Shown here: positions 9,713 to 18,934 of the stretch, one piece after another
Position numbering within the stretch: position 1 is the stretch's first letter
Layout of the letters: each line of letters starts with the position of its first letter
Sequence record: PV340851.1
Direction: 5' to 3' (one strand)
Length of the DNA stretch: 64,000 nt
The notes under the pieces: model-generated
What the model was told of the DNA's origin: nothing
Databases searched by the model: none
What the model saw: the letters and a program-made list of their open reading frames with translations, nothing else
Program-made: the position numbers and the translations under genes

Positions 9713-9741
9713 TTGACAAACAGAGTCATATAGAGTATACT
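9713..9741 (+). promoter_or_regulatory. Sigma70-type promoter of g55 (TTGACA-N17-TATACT)
   Basis: Near-consensus hexamers with a 17-nt spacer, 23 nt before the g55 ATG. Confidence 0.85.
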
Positions 9742-9764
9742 CATACCAGGACAAACAAATCAAC

Positions 9765-10259
9765 ATGTCGAGAACTAAAAACAAAGAATACTATGTAAAC
9801 AACAAAGAGTTTCTCGCTGCGATTGTTGAATATCGTCAGAAAGTTCTTGCTGCCAAAGAAACTGGTGGAACAAAACCAAGAGTACCAAACTACATTGGTG
9901 AATGCTTTCTCAAGATTGCGACACACTTGTCGTACAAACCAAACTTCGTCAACTACATGTTCCGTGAGGACATGATCTGTGACGGCATTGAAAATTGCTT
10001 ACAGTACATTGATAACTTTGATCCTGAGAAGTCGTCCAATCCCTTTGCTTATTTCACTCAAATCATCTACTACGCCTTCTTGCGTCGTATTCAAAAAGAA
10101 AAGAAACAGCTCGAAATCAAGGGCAAGATTCTTGAAAGATCTGGCCACCAAGAAGTCATGTATACAGAAAAGTACGATGGTGACATGGCTGGCATGAATA
10201 TGTCTTACTCAGATATGGGTAGCATTAAAGAAAACATTGAAACCAGAATGAACCGATGA
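9765..10259 (+). CDS. gp55: Late-transcription sigma factor
   Basis: Motifs YVNNKEFL, NFVNYMFREDMICDGIENC and NPFAYFTQIIYYAFLRRI. Confidence 0.97.
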   Translation: MSRTKNKEYYVNNKEFLAAIVEYRQKVLAAKETGGTKPRVPNYIGECFLKIATHLSYKPNFVNYMFREDMICDGIENCLQYIDNFDPEKSSNPFAYFTQIIYYAFLRRIQKEKKQLEIKGKILERSGHQEVMYTEKYDGDMAGMNMSYSDMGSIKENIETRMNR

Positions 10260-10516
10260 AAGACGAACCAATTACAGTTGAAGACTACAAACTAGTCTCG
10301 GATGAATTCTTTCAGAAATATAATTTTGTAGCAGACCGTCTAGGTGTTACAAAAAAAGCAGAAGATATTCTGAAAGTCATGGAAGCATTAAGCGGTGCTG
10401 TCATGAAAGAACGAGTCAAAGAAAAAGTAGGACCTTTCGGATTTAATAAAAATGGACAAAGTGGAAACAAAGAAGGCGACCATTCTGACCAGTCTGGGAC
10501 CGAACCCAACGATTGA
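10256..10516 (+). CDS. Hypothetical protein
   Basis: ATGA-coupled to g55. Confidence 0.7.
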   Translation: MKDEPITVEDYKLVSDEFFQKYNFVADRLGVTKKAEDILKVMEALSGAVMKERVKEKVGPFGFNKNGQSGNKEGDHSDQSGTEPND

Positions 10517-10754
10517 GAAAGACATTCCAGAAGATCAAGTCTGGATTGATGATGCATTCTTTATTGTAAAGACTCGCTTTGGTCTTTATACTAGTGTCGT
10601 AAAAGAACCTATCTTTGGTGCTCACTTTATCACAGGTGCTACTGAAGATGGAGTCATAGATGTCACTCGCTGGCATCTCAAGTGCCTACAAGATGGCACT
10701 TTGGAAACTTATTCTAGAACTGTACATAGTGGCGTTGTAGGAGGTAAACTATGA
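10452..10754 (+). CDS. Hypothetical protein
   Basis: 100-aa ORF in the g55-g47 operon; overlaps the previous ORF by 65 nt. Confidence 0.7.
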   Translation: MDKVETKKATILTSLGPNPTIEKDIPEDQVWIDDAFFIVKTRFGLYTSVVKEPIFGAHFITGATEDGVIDVTRWHLKCLQDGTLETYSRTVHSGVVGGKL

Positions 10755-10978
10755 AACCGACTGAGAATTACGAACAACTGATTGAGCGTTTTACGAAACG
10801 AATTGCTCAACTGTCTGCTAGAGCAGACGAACTGTATGGTCCATATGCTGAGTATGTTCAGATCTGTAAAGATCTAGATCGCTTGGAAGGATCTATGCAA
10901 GTAGCAGAATACCTAGCACATGGAAAACTACCTGGCGATGGTAATCATGATGGTATGAAGGATCACAAACCACAATGA
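10751..10978 (+). CDS. Hypothetical coiled-coil protein
   Basis: ATGA-coupled on both sides. Confidence 0.7.
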   Translation: MKPTENYEQLIERFTKRIAQLSARADELYGPYAEYVQICKDLDRLEGSMQVAEYLAHGKLPGDGNHDGMKDHKPQ

Positions 10979-12024
10979 CTGTTGCTCTAATTACAGACCA
11001 GCATCTAGATGGTAGAAAGGGATCTTTAGCATTCTGGAATTACTTCCAGAAGTTCTATGATGAAGTATTCTTCCCAACACTAGAGAAGAAAGGAATCAAA
11101 GAGATCATCGACCTAGGTGATACCTTTGACAATCGCAAGTCGATTGATTACAACACATGGAACAGAGTCAAGTCACATTATTTTGACCGCCTAGCAGATA
11201 TGAACATCAAGGTTCATATGATCCTAGGTAATCACTGTGTGTACTATAAGAACACTAACAAGATCAACTCACCTGAACTGCTGCTGAACGAATATGAGAA
11301 TATTCAGATCTACTCTAGAGTTGATACTGTTCGTATCGACGGTACTCCGATTTGTTTCGTCCCTTGGATCAACAAAGAAAACCAAGAAGAAACTTTATCG
11401 CACCTTGAAAGTACAGATGCCGAGATCGTCATGGGACATCTCGAACTCACTGGGTTTGAAGTAACTCCTGGGATGAAGATGGATCATGGTATGGATCCTA
11501 AGATCTTTAAAAAGTTTAAGCAAGTATTCTCTGGTCACTTTCATCACAAGTCAACCAAGGGAAACATTACATACCTAGGTAACCCCTATCAGATGTTCTG
11601 GAATGATTATAAAGACACCAGAGGATTCCATCTATACGACGCTTCCACCAACAGATGTCGTATGGTCAAGAATCCATACGAGATCTTTGATAAGATCTTT
11701 TATAACGACACGATCGACGACTACGATAAGTTCAACGTCAATGAATATGCTGACAAGTATATTAAACTTGTAGTCGAAGAGAAGACTGACTATCATATGT
11801 TTGAGCGTCTAATCGATCGTTTGCAAGATGTAGGAGTACATGACCTCAAGGTTGTTGAGACACTGCTAGAAGACGATCTAACAGACGTTGATGAAAACTT
11901 AGAGATCAAGGACACTATGACTTTGCTCAGTGAGTACATAGACGAAGTAGAGATGTCCGTCAACAAATCAGATTTAAAGAACCTGATGAAATCTCTATAT
12001 ATTGAAAGCTGCGAAATTGCCTAA
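10975..12024 (+). CDS. gp47: Recombination endonuclease subunit (Mre11/SbcD-like)
   Basis: Metallophosphoesterase motifs TDQH, LGDTFD, GNH and SGHFHH. Confidence 0.96.
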   Translation: MTVALITDQHLDGRKGSLAFWNYFQKFYDEVFFPTLEKKGIKEIIDLGDTFDNRKSIDYNTWNRVKSHYFDRLADMNIKVHMILGNHCVYYKNTNKINSPELLLNEYENIQIYSRVDTVRIDGTPICFVPWINKENQEETLSHLESTDAEIVMGHLELTGFEVTPGMKMDHGMDPKIFKKFKQVFSGHFHHKSTKGNITYLGNPYQMFWNDYKDTRGFHLYDASTNRCRMVKNPYEIFDKIFYNDTIDDYDKFNVNEYADKYIKLVVEEKTDYHMFERLIDRLQDVGVHDLKVVETLLEDDLTDVDENLEIKDTMTLLSEYIDEVEMSVNKSDLKNLMKSLYIESCEIA

Positions 12025-12293
12025 TGTATATCCTTACTCTCCAGGCAGACAACACTGGGGTCTTCTCCCTAGTGAACGATTGCGGGGAGCAAGTGATACC
12101 AGTATTCGAGGAACAAGATGATGCTGAAAGATACTACTACATGTTAGAAGATCAATCAGAATCAGACGTTCCTCTCAACATTGTAGAGATAGACAGAGAT
12201 GTATTTCTTGACGCATGCAATGACAGAGAGCAAAAGTATGCTATAATTACCCCAGACGACCTGCTCATACCCCCAGATAATGTAGTTCTATGA
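12024..12293 (+). CDS. Hypothetical protein
   Basis: Acidic 89-aa ORF coupled between g47 and g46; motif VFEEQDDAERY. Confidence 0.75.
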   Translation: MYILTLQADNTGVFSLVNDCGEQVIPVFEEQDDAERYYYMLEDQSESDVPLNIVEIDRDVFLDACNDREQKYAIITPDDLLIPPDNVVL

Positions 12294-14020
12294 TCATCTT
12301 TAAAAAGATTCGTTGGAAGAACTTCCTCTCCACGGGGAACACTTTCACCGAAGTGGACATCACCACAAACAAGACTAACTTGATTGTAGGTGAGAACGGA
12401 GCAGGTAAGTCTACCATCCTGGATGCCCTAACATTTTCTTTGTTTGGGAAACCATTCCGTAAGATCAACAAACCGATGCTGGTGAACAGTATCAACGAAA
12501 AAGACTGCATGACTGAAATAGAATTCAGCATCGGTAAGAATGAATTCAAAGTCATTCGTGGTATCAAACCTAATAAGTTTGAGATCTATTGTAACGATCA
12601 ACTCTGGAATCAAGAGAGTACGGTAGTAGATCAACAGAAAAACCTTGAGCAAAACGTGCTCAAGATGAACTATAAATCATTTACACAAATTGTAGTGCTG
12701 GGTTCATCGACGTTCGTTCCGTTCATGCGTCTACCTGTTGCACAACGCCGTGAGATCATTGAGGATATTCTGGACATTCAGATCTTCTCTACGATGAACG
12801 TCCTGTTAAAGGACAAGATTCGTGAGAACAATGAAGAACTCAAAGAGTTTGATTATCAATTGGATCTAATCAAAGAGAAGATCGAACTCCAGAAAAATTA
12901 TCTGCTTGATCTTGATAAAAAGAACAAGGCAGACATTGTTAAGAAAGAAGAAAAGATTGCTTCTCTCTTGGAAGATGAGAACAAACATCATCTTTCAATT
13001 GAAAAGACGAATCTTGAAATAGAAAGTCTTAACACACAAATAGAAGAATACTCAACTTCTTCACATAAACTTAAGAAACTTAATACATTTCTTATTAAAC
13101 TAAGTTCTAAATTACAGACATGTCAAAAAGAACATGACTTCTTTGAAAAAAATCATGTGTGTCCTACATGCACACAAGATCTTTCTGAAGAATTTAGAAC
13201 TGACAAACTCTCATCTGGTAAGAGTAAACTAGATGAGATGACAATAGGATACAATGATCTCCTGTCTCATATCGGTGAGGAAGAGAAACGTTTTAATTTC
13301 TGGAACGATCTATCTACTAAGGTTACTGAATTAAACAACAGCAACTCTCAGGCAAACTTTGCAATCACACAGATTCGTAAAGCAATTCTTGACATCGAGA
13401 AGGAGATCAAAGACCTAGAGTCTGGTGGCGGGGACAAGAAAGAAGCATATACTAAACTGGAAACTCAAGTCGGTGATAAAAAAGAAATCGTCTCGCGTTT
13501 GACAGAATCCAAAAAAGATAAGGACACACTTAGTGTTGCTTCTCAACTTCTTAAAGACAATGGCATCAAGAGCAGAATCATTAAGAAGTATCTGCCCATT
13601 ATGAATAAACTGATCAATCAGTATCTTCAGGGCATGGACTTCTATGTGAACTTCACTCTCGATGAGAATTTTGAAGAAACTATCAAGTCCCGATTTAGAG
13701 ATCAGTTCTCCTATGCATCCTTCAGTGAAGGTGAGAAGGCACGAATTGATATCGCACTTCTTCTTACTTGGAGATCAGTTGCAAAACTGAAGAACAGTGT
13801 TGATACTAACCTATTGATTCTAGATGAGATCTTCGATGGGTCTCTAGACCAAACAGGATCATCTGACCTGGGATGGATCTTGAGAAACTTCGACGAGTCA
13901 AACAGAGTCTTCGTCATTTCCCACAAGGAGAGTATGAACGACAAGTACGAACGAACGCTTAACGTAGAGAAGGTCAAGAACTTCTCTGTGATCCGAGAGA
14001 CAGTTTCGGAACTGGACTAG
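12290..14020 (+). CDS. gp46: Recombination ATPase subunit (Rad50/SbcC-like)
   Basis: Walker A GENGAGKS, CPTC zinc hook, signature SFSEGE and LILDE. Confidence 0.97.
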   Translation: MIIFKKIRWKNFLSTGNTFTEVDITTNKTNLIVGENGAGKSTILDALTFSLFGKPFRKINKPMLVNSINEKDCMTEIEFSIGKNEFKVIRGIKPNKFEIYCNDQLWNQESTVVDQQKNLEQNVLKMNYKSFTQIVVLGSSTFVPFMRLPVAQRREIIEDILDIQIFSTMNVLLKDKIRENNEELKEFDYQLDLIKEKIELQKNYLLDLDKKNKADIVKKEEKIASLLEDENKHHLSIEKTNLEIESLNTQIEEYSTSSHKLKKLNTFLIKLSSKLQTCQKEHDFFEKNHVCPTCTQDLSEEFRTDKLSSGKSKLDEMTIGYNDLLSHIGEEEKRFNFWNDLSTKVTELNNSNSQANFAITQIRKAILDIEKEIKDLESGGGDKKEAYTKLETQVGDKKEIVSRLTESKKDKDTLSVASQLLKDNGIKSRIIKKYLPIMNKLINQYLQGMDFYVNFTLDENFEETIKSRFRDQFSYASFSEGEKARIDIALLLTWRSVAKLKNSVDTNLLILDEIFDGSLDQTGSSDLGWILRNFDESNRVFVISHKESMNDKYERTLNVEKVKNFSVIRETVSELD

Positions 14021-14067
14021 GGGACCTACGGGTCCCTTTTTTTGTGTATATAATAAGGGCATCAACG
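14001..14067 (+). promoter_or_regulatory. Regulatory cassette: CAGTT-N4-AACTG palindrome, terminator hairpin and TATAAT
   Basis: Palindrome at 14001-14014; GGGACC-TACG-GGTCCC plus T tract at 14021-14043; TATAAT at 14049-14054. A second copy is at 16668. Confidence 0.65.
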
Positions 14068-14077
14068 AACGAACGCC

Positions 14078-16153
14078 ATGTTTACACAGGAGATCAAAGG
14101 CAACCTTGCCAAGCTGCTTGCTACTGAGAACCTGTTGGTTGAGCATCGCAACTGCTCTACTGCATCGTTCGACGTTGATCGTCGTGTCTTGACCCTGCCC
14201 AAATGGGATAAAGCATCCTCTACTGTATATGACCTGCTTGTGGGACATGAGGTAGGACACGCTCTATACACACCAAAGTGGGACAACTTCGATTGTCCCC
14301 GTGACTATGTTAATGTGACCGAGGACGCTCGCATCGAAAAACTGATGAAGCGTCGTTACCCTGGTCTTCGCAAGTCATTCTTTGGTGGTTACTCAGAACT
14401 GCATGAACAAGACTTCTTCGGTATTGAAAATGAAGATCTTGATACATTCAAACTGATTGACCGTATCAACTTGTACTTTAAGATTGGTGTCACTGACACC
14501 ATCATTCCTTTCTCACCTGAGGAAAAACTGCTGGTCCAAGAGACCGAAGATGCAGAAACATTTGACGAAGCTGTTGCTGTCGCCGAAAAGATCTGGGAGT
14601 TTGCGAAAGCAGAACAAAAGAAACTTGAAGAACTGGCAAACGTTCCTCAGTCTGGCGGCGATGGTGGTTCTTCTCCATCTCAAACTAGCGATGAAGAAGA
14701 AAGCGAGCAGCAAGAAGGTGAGTCCATGACGTATGAAAAAAGTGATGACGGAGAGATTGACGATGAAGAAACCCCAGTCTCAGGCGGTGCTGGAGACATC
14801 AACACATCTGACACACAACAAAGTTTTGACAACTCTACCAAAGATCTCAACCGTCCAGACGGCAGTGGACGTACAACTTATGTCAACATTCCTGTCCCTG
14901 ATCCTGCCGACTTTATTGTTGACTGGACTGTCATTCATGATTGGATTAATTCTAACGTTGCTGATCATGCAGATTTTGAATGGGTAGACTCCCAGTACGC
15001 CGAATTCAAGAAGACTATTGTCAAGGAAGTCAACTACCTTGTCAAAGAATTTGAATGCAAGAAAGCAGCAGATGCATACTCTCGCTCTATGACTTCTCGC
15101 ACTGGTATGCTTGCAACTGATTGTCTTCACAAGTACAAGTTTAGTGATGATCTGTTCAAGAAAGTTACCATCCTACCTGAAGGTAAGAACCATGGTATGC
15201 TGTTCCTGGTGGACTGGTCTGGTTCTATGTCATACGAACTGCTTCCTACTATGAAGCAACTAATCATTCTTACTAACTTCTGTAAGAAAGTCGGCATTCC
15301 TTTTGAAGTCTATGCATTCACTAACGAGTGGATCATTGCTGAACGTGCAATTGCTAACGACAACACTGTCCAACCGCGTGAGGTAGCAACTGAAGGAGAG
15401 ATGATGGTGAGCAAGCAATACTTCCGTCTGATGAACATTCTTTCGTCTCGTTCATCTGGCAAGAAGTATGAGATGCAGTGCAAGAACATGTTCCGTGAGG
15501 TGTTTGGTATGCTGTACTATGTCAGTTATACCACCACCCCTGGTATGTCATTGTCTGGCACACCATTAAATGAGGCAATTGTTGCAATGTCATCTGTCAT
15601 TCCTCAATTCCAAAAGACTTCTGGTTGTCAGAAAGTTAACCTTTGCATCTTGACTGATGGTGATGCATGTATGTCTTCGTTCGGTCACAAGATCGAACAG
15701 TATGATGTAGAACGCATTGTCAGTCGTCGCATGGATAACTGGGGCATAGTTCTTCGTGATCCTAAGACTGGTATGATGTACAAGGATGGTCAGGATATCA
15801 CTAACATCTTGATCAGCAATCTCAAGGCACGTAATCCTGGTTGTAATGTGATCGGATTCCGTCTCCTCGCTTCCTCTGGACTGTCTACTTTCTACAATCG
15901 CTATTGTGAAGGTGGAGAATTTGAGCAAGTCCAGAAGCAATGGAAGAAGGAGAAGTCTGCTATCTTGCCTAAACCATCTACATTCGATGCACTCTATGTT
16001 ATCTCTGCTAAGACAATCAATGTCGAAGAAGCAGAGATGGATGTAGATGCAGGAGCAACTAAAACTCAGGTACGTTCTGCTTTCAAGAAGATGTTGAACA
16101 AGAAGAAGTCAAACAAGAAAATCTTGAACTCCTTCATTGCCCACGTTTCTTGA
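14078..16153 (+). CDS. Zincin-like (HExxH) and vWA domain protein, CobT-like partner of CobS
   Basis: N-terminal HEVGH, acidic linker, and MIDAS-type motifs DWSGS, TPL and LTDG. Confidence 0.8.
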   Translation: MFTQEIKGNLAKLLATENLLVEHRNCSTASFDVDRRVLTLPKWDKASSTVYDLLVGHEVGHALYTPKWDNFDCPRDYVNVTEDARIEKLMKRRYPGLRKSFFGGYSELHEQDFFGIENEDLDTFKLIDRINLYFKIGVTDTIIPFSPEEKLLVQETEDAETFDEAVAVAEKIWEFAKAEQKKLEELANVPQSGGDGGSSPSQTSDEEESEQQEGESMTYEKSDDGEIDDEETPVSGGAGDINTSDTQQSFDNSTKDLNRPDGSGRTTYVNIPVPDPADFIVDWTVIHDWINSNVADHADFEWVDSQYAEFKKTIVKEVNYLVKEFECKKAADAYSRSMTSRTGMLATDCLHKYKFSDDLFKKVTILPEGKNHGMLFLVDWSGSMSYELLPTMKQLIILTNFCKKVGIPFEVYAFTNEWIIAERAIANDNTVQPREVATEGEMMVSKQYFRLMNILSSRSSGKKYEMQCKNMFREVFGMLYYVSYTTTPGMSLSGTPLNEAIVAMSSVIPQFQKTSGCQKVNLCILTDGDACMSSFGHKIEQYDVERIVSRRMDNWGIVLRDPKTGMMYKDGQDITNILISNLKARNPGCNVIGFRLLASSGLSTFYNRYCEGGEFEQVQKQWKKEKSAILPKPSTFDALYVISAKTINVEEAEMDVDAGATKTQVRSAFKKMLNKKKSNKKILNSFIAHVS

Positions 16154-16178
16154 CAAACGGAACTATATACTCTATAAT
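16150..16178 (+). promoter_or_regulatory. Consensus sigma70 promoter TTGACA-N17-TATAAT
   Basis: Exact consensus upstream of ORF 16215. Confidence 0.88.
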
Positions 16179-16214
16179 TAACACATCCACATTAATCGCA
16201 TTTTAGTAAAAATC

Positions 16215-16676
16215 ATGGATCGAGTCAGCAACAAACTGCGAGAAACAAACAAAGACTTTTCAAATGTAAATCGAGATAAAACATACAGCTCGATTTTGAT
16301 GCTTGCTATGACCTCTCAGGCGAAGCGTAACCCTAAGTCGAAGAAACTTATGGGCATCAAGAAGGTCATCCGTTCCAAGTATCCTCAAATGACCACTCGC
16401 GAAGTGGAAAGAGTTCAGGATAATATTTCCGACTGGTTGTCCACCCACAAACATGAACCCATGTTTGATACTTTCCGAGAAAAGTTGCCTAACATCTTCC
16501 ATGGCACCCCCGATCCTGTGGACATGGGTATGGACCTGCCTTTCGATGTTGCACCTGCTAACCCCATCATCGAAGAACCTGCATACGAAGAAGATCAGAC
16601 CATCGTCTTCGTTCGCCAGTTGCGAGACATGGGTGTGAAGTCGTTCAAAGACGATCACGTCGAAGTCCAGTTCTAA
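16215..16676 (+). CDS. Hypothetical protein (153 aa) with its own promoter
   Basis: Lies between a consensus promoter and a terminator; basic N-terminus, acidic C-terminus. Confidence 0.75.
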   Translation: MDRVSNKLRETNKDFSNVNRDKTYSSILMLAMTSQAKRNPKSKKLMGIKKVIRSKYPQMTTREVERVQDNISDWLSTHKHEPMFDTFREKLPNIFHGTPDPVDMGMDLPFDVAPANPIIEEPAYEEDQTIVFVRQLRDMGVKSFKDDHVEVQF

Positions 16677-16736
16677 AACTGTCCCACTCACCTCCCCCAC
16701 GGGAGGTTTTTTTGTATATAATAAGTGCATCAACGA
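16668..16736 (+). promoter_or_regulatory. Second copy of the CAGTT-N4-AACTG / terminator / TATAAT cassette
   Basis: Palindrome at 16668-16681; ACCTCCC-CCAC-GGGAGGT plus T tract; TATAAT at 16717-16722, followed by AAGTGCATCAACGAA. Confidence 0.65.
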
Positions 16737-16746
16737 AACACAGACC

Positions 16747-17820
16747 ATGAAGTCCGAACTGACTACTGACCAAATCGCTTCCTATCTCCAAGAGACCTAC
16801 GGCAACGACATTACTGCTGGTCAAATTCGTTCTGCTGCTCAACACTTCGGCGTTTCATATCCTACTGCTGTCAAACGTATGGAGCAGTATAAGTCTGGTT
16901 ATGGTAAGTGGAGTCTGACTGTTCAGGAACGTCTTGAGCAAACCTATCAGGCACCTTCTGCTTCTCCTGCAATCAGTCTTGTTCCTGAAAAAAATAATAC
17001 CTTTGTCCCGTTTGGTAACTTCACTGATGTGAAGAAGATTATCAACTCTGGAATCTTCTACCCTGTGTTCATCACTGGTATGTCAGGCAATGGTAAGACT
17101 CTTTCTGTAGAGCAGGCATGTGCTGCCCTAAATAGAGAACTGATTCGTGTCAATATCACCATTGAAACTGACGAGGACGATCTTATTGGTGGGTTCCGTC
17201 TGGTTAACGGTGAAACTGTTTGGCATAATGGTCCAGTCATCGAAGCTCTGGAACGTGGAGCTGTACTTCTTCTAGACGAAGTTGATCTTGCATCTAATAA
17301 GATCCTTTGTTTGCAATCTGTCCTTGAAGGTAAGGGTCTGTTCCTGAAGAAGACTGGACGTTACGTACAACCTAAGGAGGGGTTTAATGTTATTGCAACT
17401 GCAAATACTAAAGGCAAAGGCAGTGATGACGGTCGCTTTATTGGAACCAATGTTCTCAATGAGGCATTCCTTGAACGCTTTGCCCTGACTTTCGAGCAAG
17501 AGTACCCCACAGTAAAAGTAGAAACCAAGATCCTTGAGCGTCTTTGTGAGAATGTTGGGGTGACAGATCTTGAATTCTGTGGTAAACTTGCAGACTGGGC
17601 AGATGTTATTCGTAAGACTTTCAATGACGGTGGCATCGATGAGGTTATTTCTACCCGTCGCTTGTCTCACATCATCAGTGCATATGCAATCTGGGGTGAT
17701 CGTCTGAAAGCAATTAAGGTCTGCACCAATCGCTTCGATGAAGAGACTAAGACTCTGTTCACCGATCTCTATGGAAAACTTGATGCCGATGTCAACACCG
17801 AGGAGAGCGAAGATGCTTGA
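16747..17820 (+). CDS. cobS: CobS-like MoxR-family AAA+ ATPase
   Basis: Walker A GMSGNGKT, Walker B LLLDE, ATANTKG and NEAFLERF. Confidence 0.9.
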   Translation: MKSELTTDQIASYLQETYGNDITAGQIRSAAQHFGVSYPTAVKRMEQYKSGYGKWSLTVQERLEQTYQAPSASPAISLVPEKNNTFVPFGNFTDVKKIINSGIFYPVFITGMSGNGKTLSVEQACAALNRELIRVNITIETDEDDLIGGFRLVNGETVWHNGPVIEALERGAVLLLDEVDLASNKILCLQSVLEGKGLFLKKTGRYVQPKEGFNVIATANTKGKGSDDGRFIGTNVLNEAFLERFALTFEQEYPTVKVETKILERLCENVGVTDLEFCGKLADWADVIRKTFNDGGIDEVISTRRLSHIISAYAIWGDRLKAIKVCTNRFDEETKTLFTDLYGKLDADVNTEESEDA

Positions 17821-17983
17821 GAAGAAAGAATTCCATGGATACATTGGTCAGGTTGCCATCCTTAAAGATGAGCGATCTGCCAAGATCCTTGGAGGTAAAG
17901 GTTTAAAACTTAAAATGCAATCGGTTGACGGTAACATTTTTGAGTGCTATCATGACAAGATAAAGTACATTTGGGATTCATGA
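17813..17983 (+). CDS. Hypothetical protein
   Basis: SD GAGGAG precedes MLEKKEFHG...; overlaps the cobS stop. Confidence 0.65.
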   Translation: MLEKKEFHGYIGQVAILKDERSAKILGGKGLKLKMQSVDGNIFECYHDKIKYIWDS

Positions 17984-17987
17984 CTTT

Positions 17988-18272
17988 ATGAACAAATATA
18001 ATGAAGAAGCTCTATTGAAAGAGCTGCGTGACTACATCACTGGAACATATGGACAACATTACTCTGCTGGTAACGACAGCATTCAAACGTTAGACCTGAT
18101 TGAAGCATGTGGTGATGCAGAGGCATTCTGTCGCTCCAACATCCTCAAGTATGCTTCTCGCTACGATAAGAAAGGAACTGCACGACGTGACATCATCAAG
18201 ATCCTTCACTATGCACTGCTGCTTCTCTACTTCAGCGACAAGACCTCCGTTACCGAACACTATCCTCAATGA
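17988..18272 (+). CDS. DUF3310 / T7 gp1.7-like protein (putative nucleotide kinase)
   Basis: Pattern HY...QTLDLIE...FCRSNILKYASR...K...D..K..HY. Confidence 0.6.
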   Translation: MNKYNEEALLKELRDYITGTYGQHYSAGNDSIQTLDLIEACGDAEAFCRSNILKYASRYDKKGTARRDIIKILHYALLLLYFSDKTSVTEHYPQ

Positions 18273-18934
18273 GCAAAGTTATTCTTTCCAATCAAACGCT
18301 TCAGGTTCTTAAGAACTATTCAACAATCAACAGTTCTATCCTCTTTCGAGAGGGCAGTGAACTGAAAACAATCAGTGTTGGGGAGAACGCTATTGCACAG
18401 TATACATGTGAAGAATCGTTCCCTCAAACCTTTGGTATCTATGACCTCAACCAGTTCCTTGCTGGACTTTCTCTTTTCGAGAATCCTACTCTTGAGTTCG
18501 ACAACAGTGACTACGTTTATATTCGTGGTCGTGGACGTGCTGCTAAGTATTACTTCTCCGATCCTGAGATCACGCTGAAGTCTGCACCACAGAAGAACAT
18601 CAACTTTCCTGGTGCTGACATTCAGTTCAACATCACATGGGAAGATCTTATGGGTCTGCAGAAAGCAGCATCTGTATACAGTCTGACTGATCTGGTATTC
18701 AGTTCAGTAGATGGAAAGATCACTCTCAAACTTCTGGATTCTGAAAACGATACCAGCAATGACTACGAGCAAGTAGTACAGGGTGAGACTACAGGTGACT
18801 ACAACCTGACACTAAAGGTTGATCACATCCGCTTGCTTCCAGGAGACTATACTGTTAAAGTCTCTAAGCATCTGGTCTCCGAATGGCAGCACCAGAACCT
18901 TGACCTGACCTATTACATCGCACTCGAACCTTGA
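18269..18934 (+). CDS. gp45: Sliding clamp
   Basis: Motifs LKNYSTINSSI and FGIYDLNQFL; upstream of g44. Confidence 0.95.
   Translation: MSKVILSNQTLQVLKNYSTINSSILFREGSELKTISVGENAIAQYTCEESFPQTFGIYDLNQFLAGLSLFENPTLEFDNSDYVYIRGRGRAAKYYFSDPEITLKSAPQKNINFPGADIQFNITWEDLMGLQKAASVYSLTDLVFSSVDGKITLKLLDSENDTSNDYEQVVQGETTGDYNLTLKVDHIRLLPGDYTVKVSKHLVSEWQHQNLDLTYYIALEP

Noticed and set aside
16747-17820. Cobalamin biosynthesis role for cobS
   Set aside because: No other cob genes are in the window; its pairing with a zincin-vWA protein fits a MoxR chaperone better.
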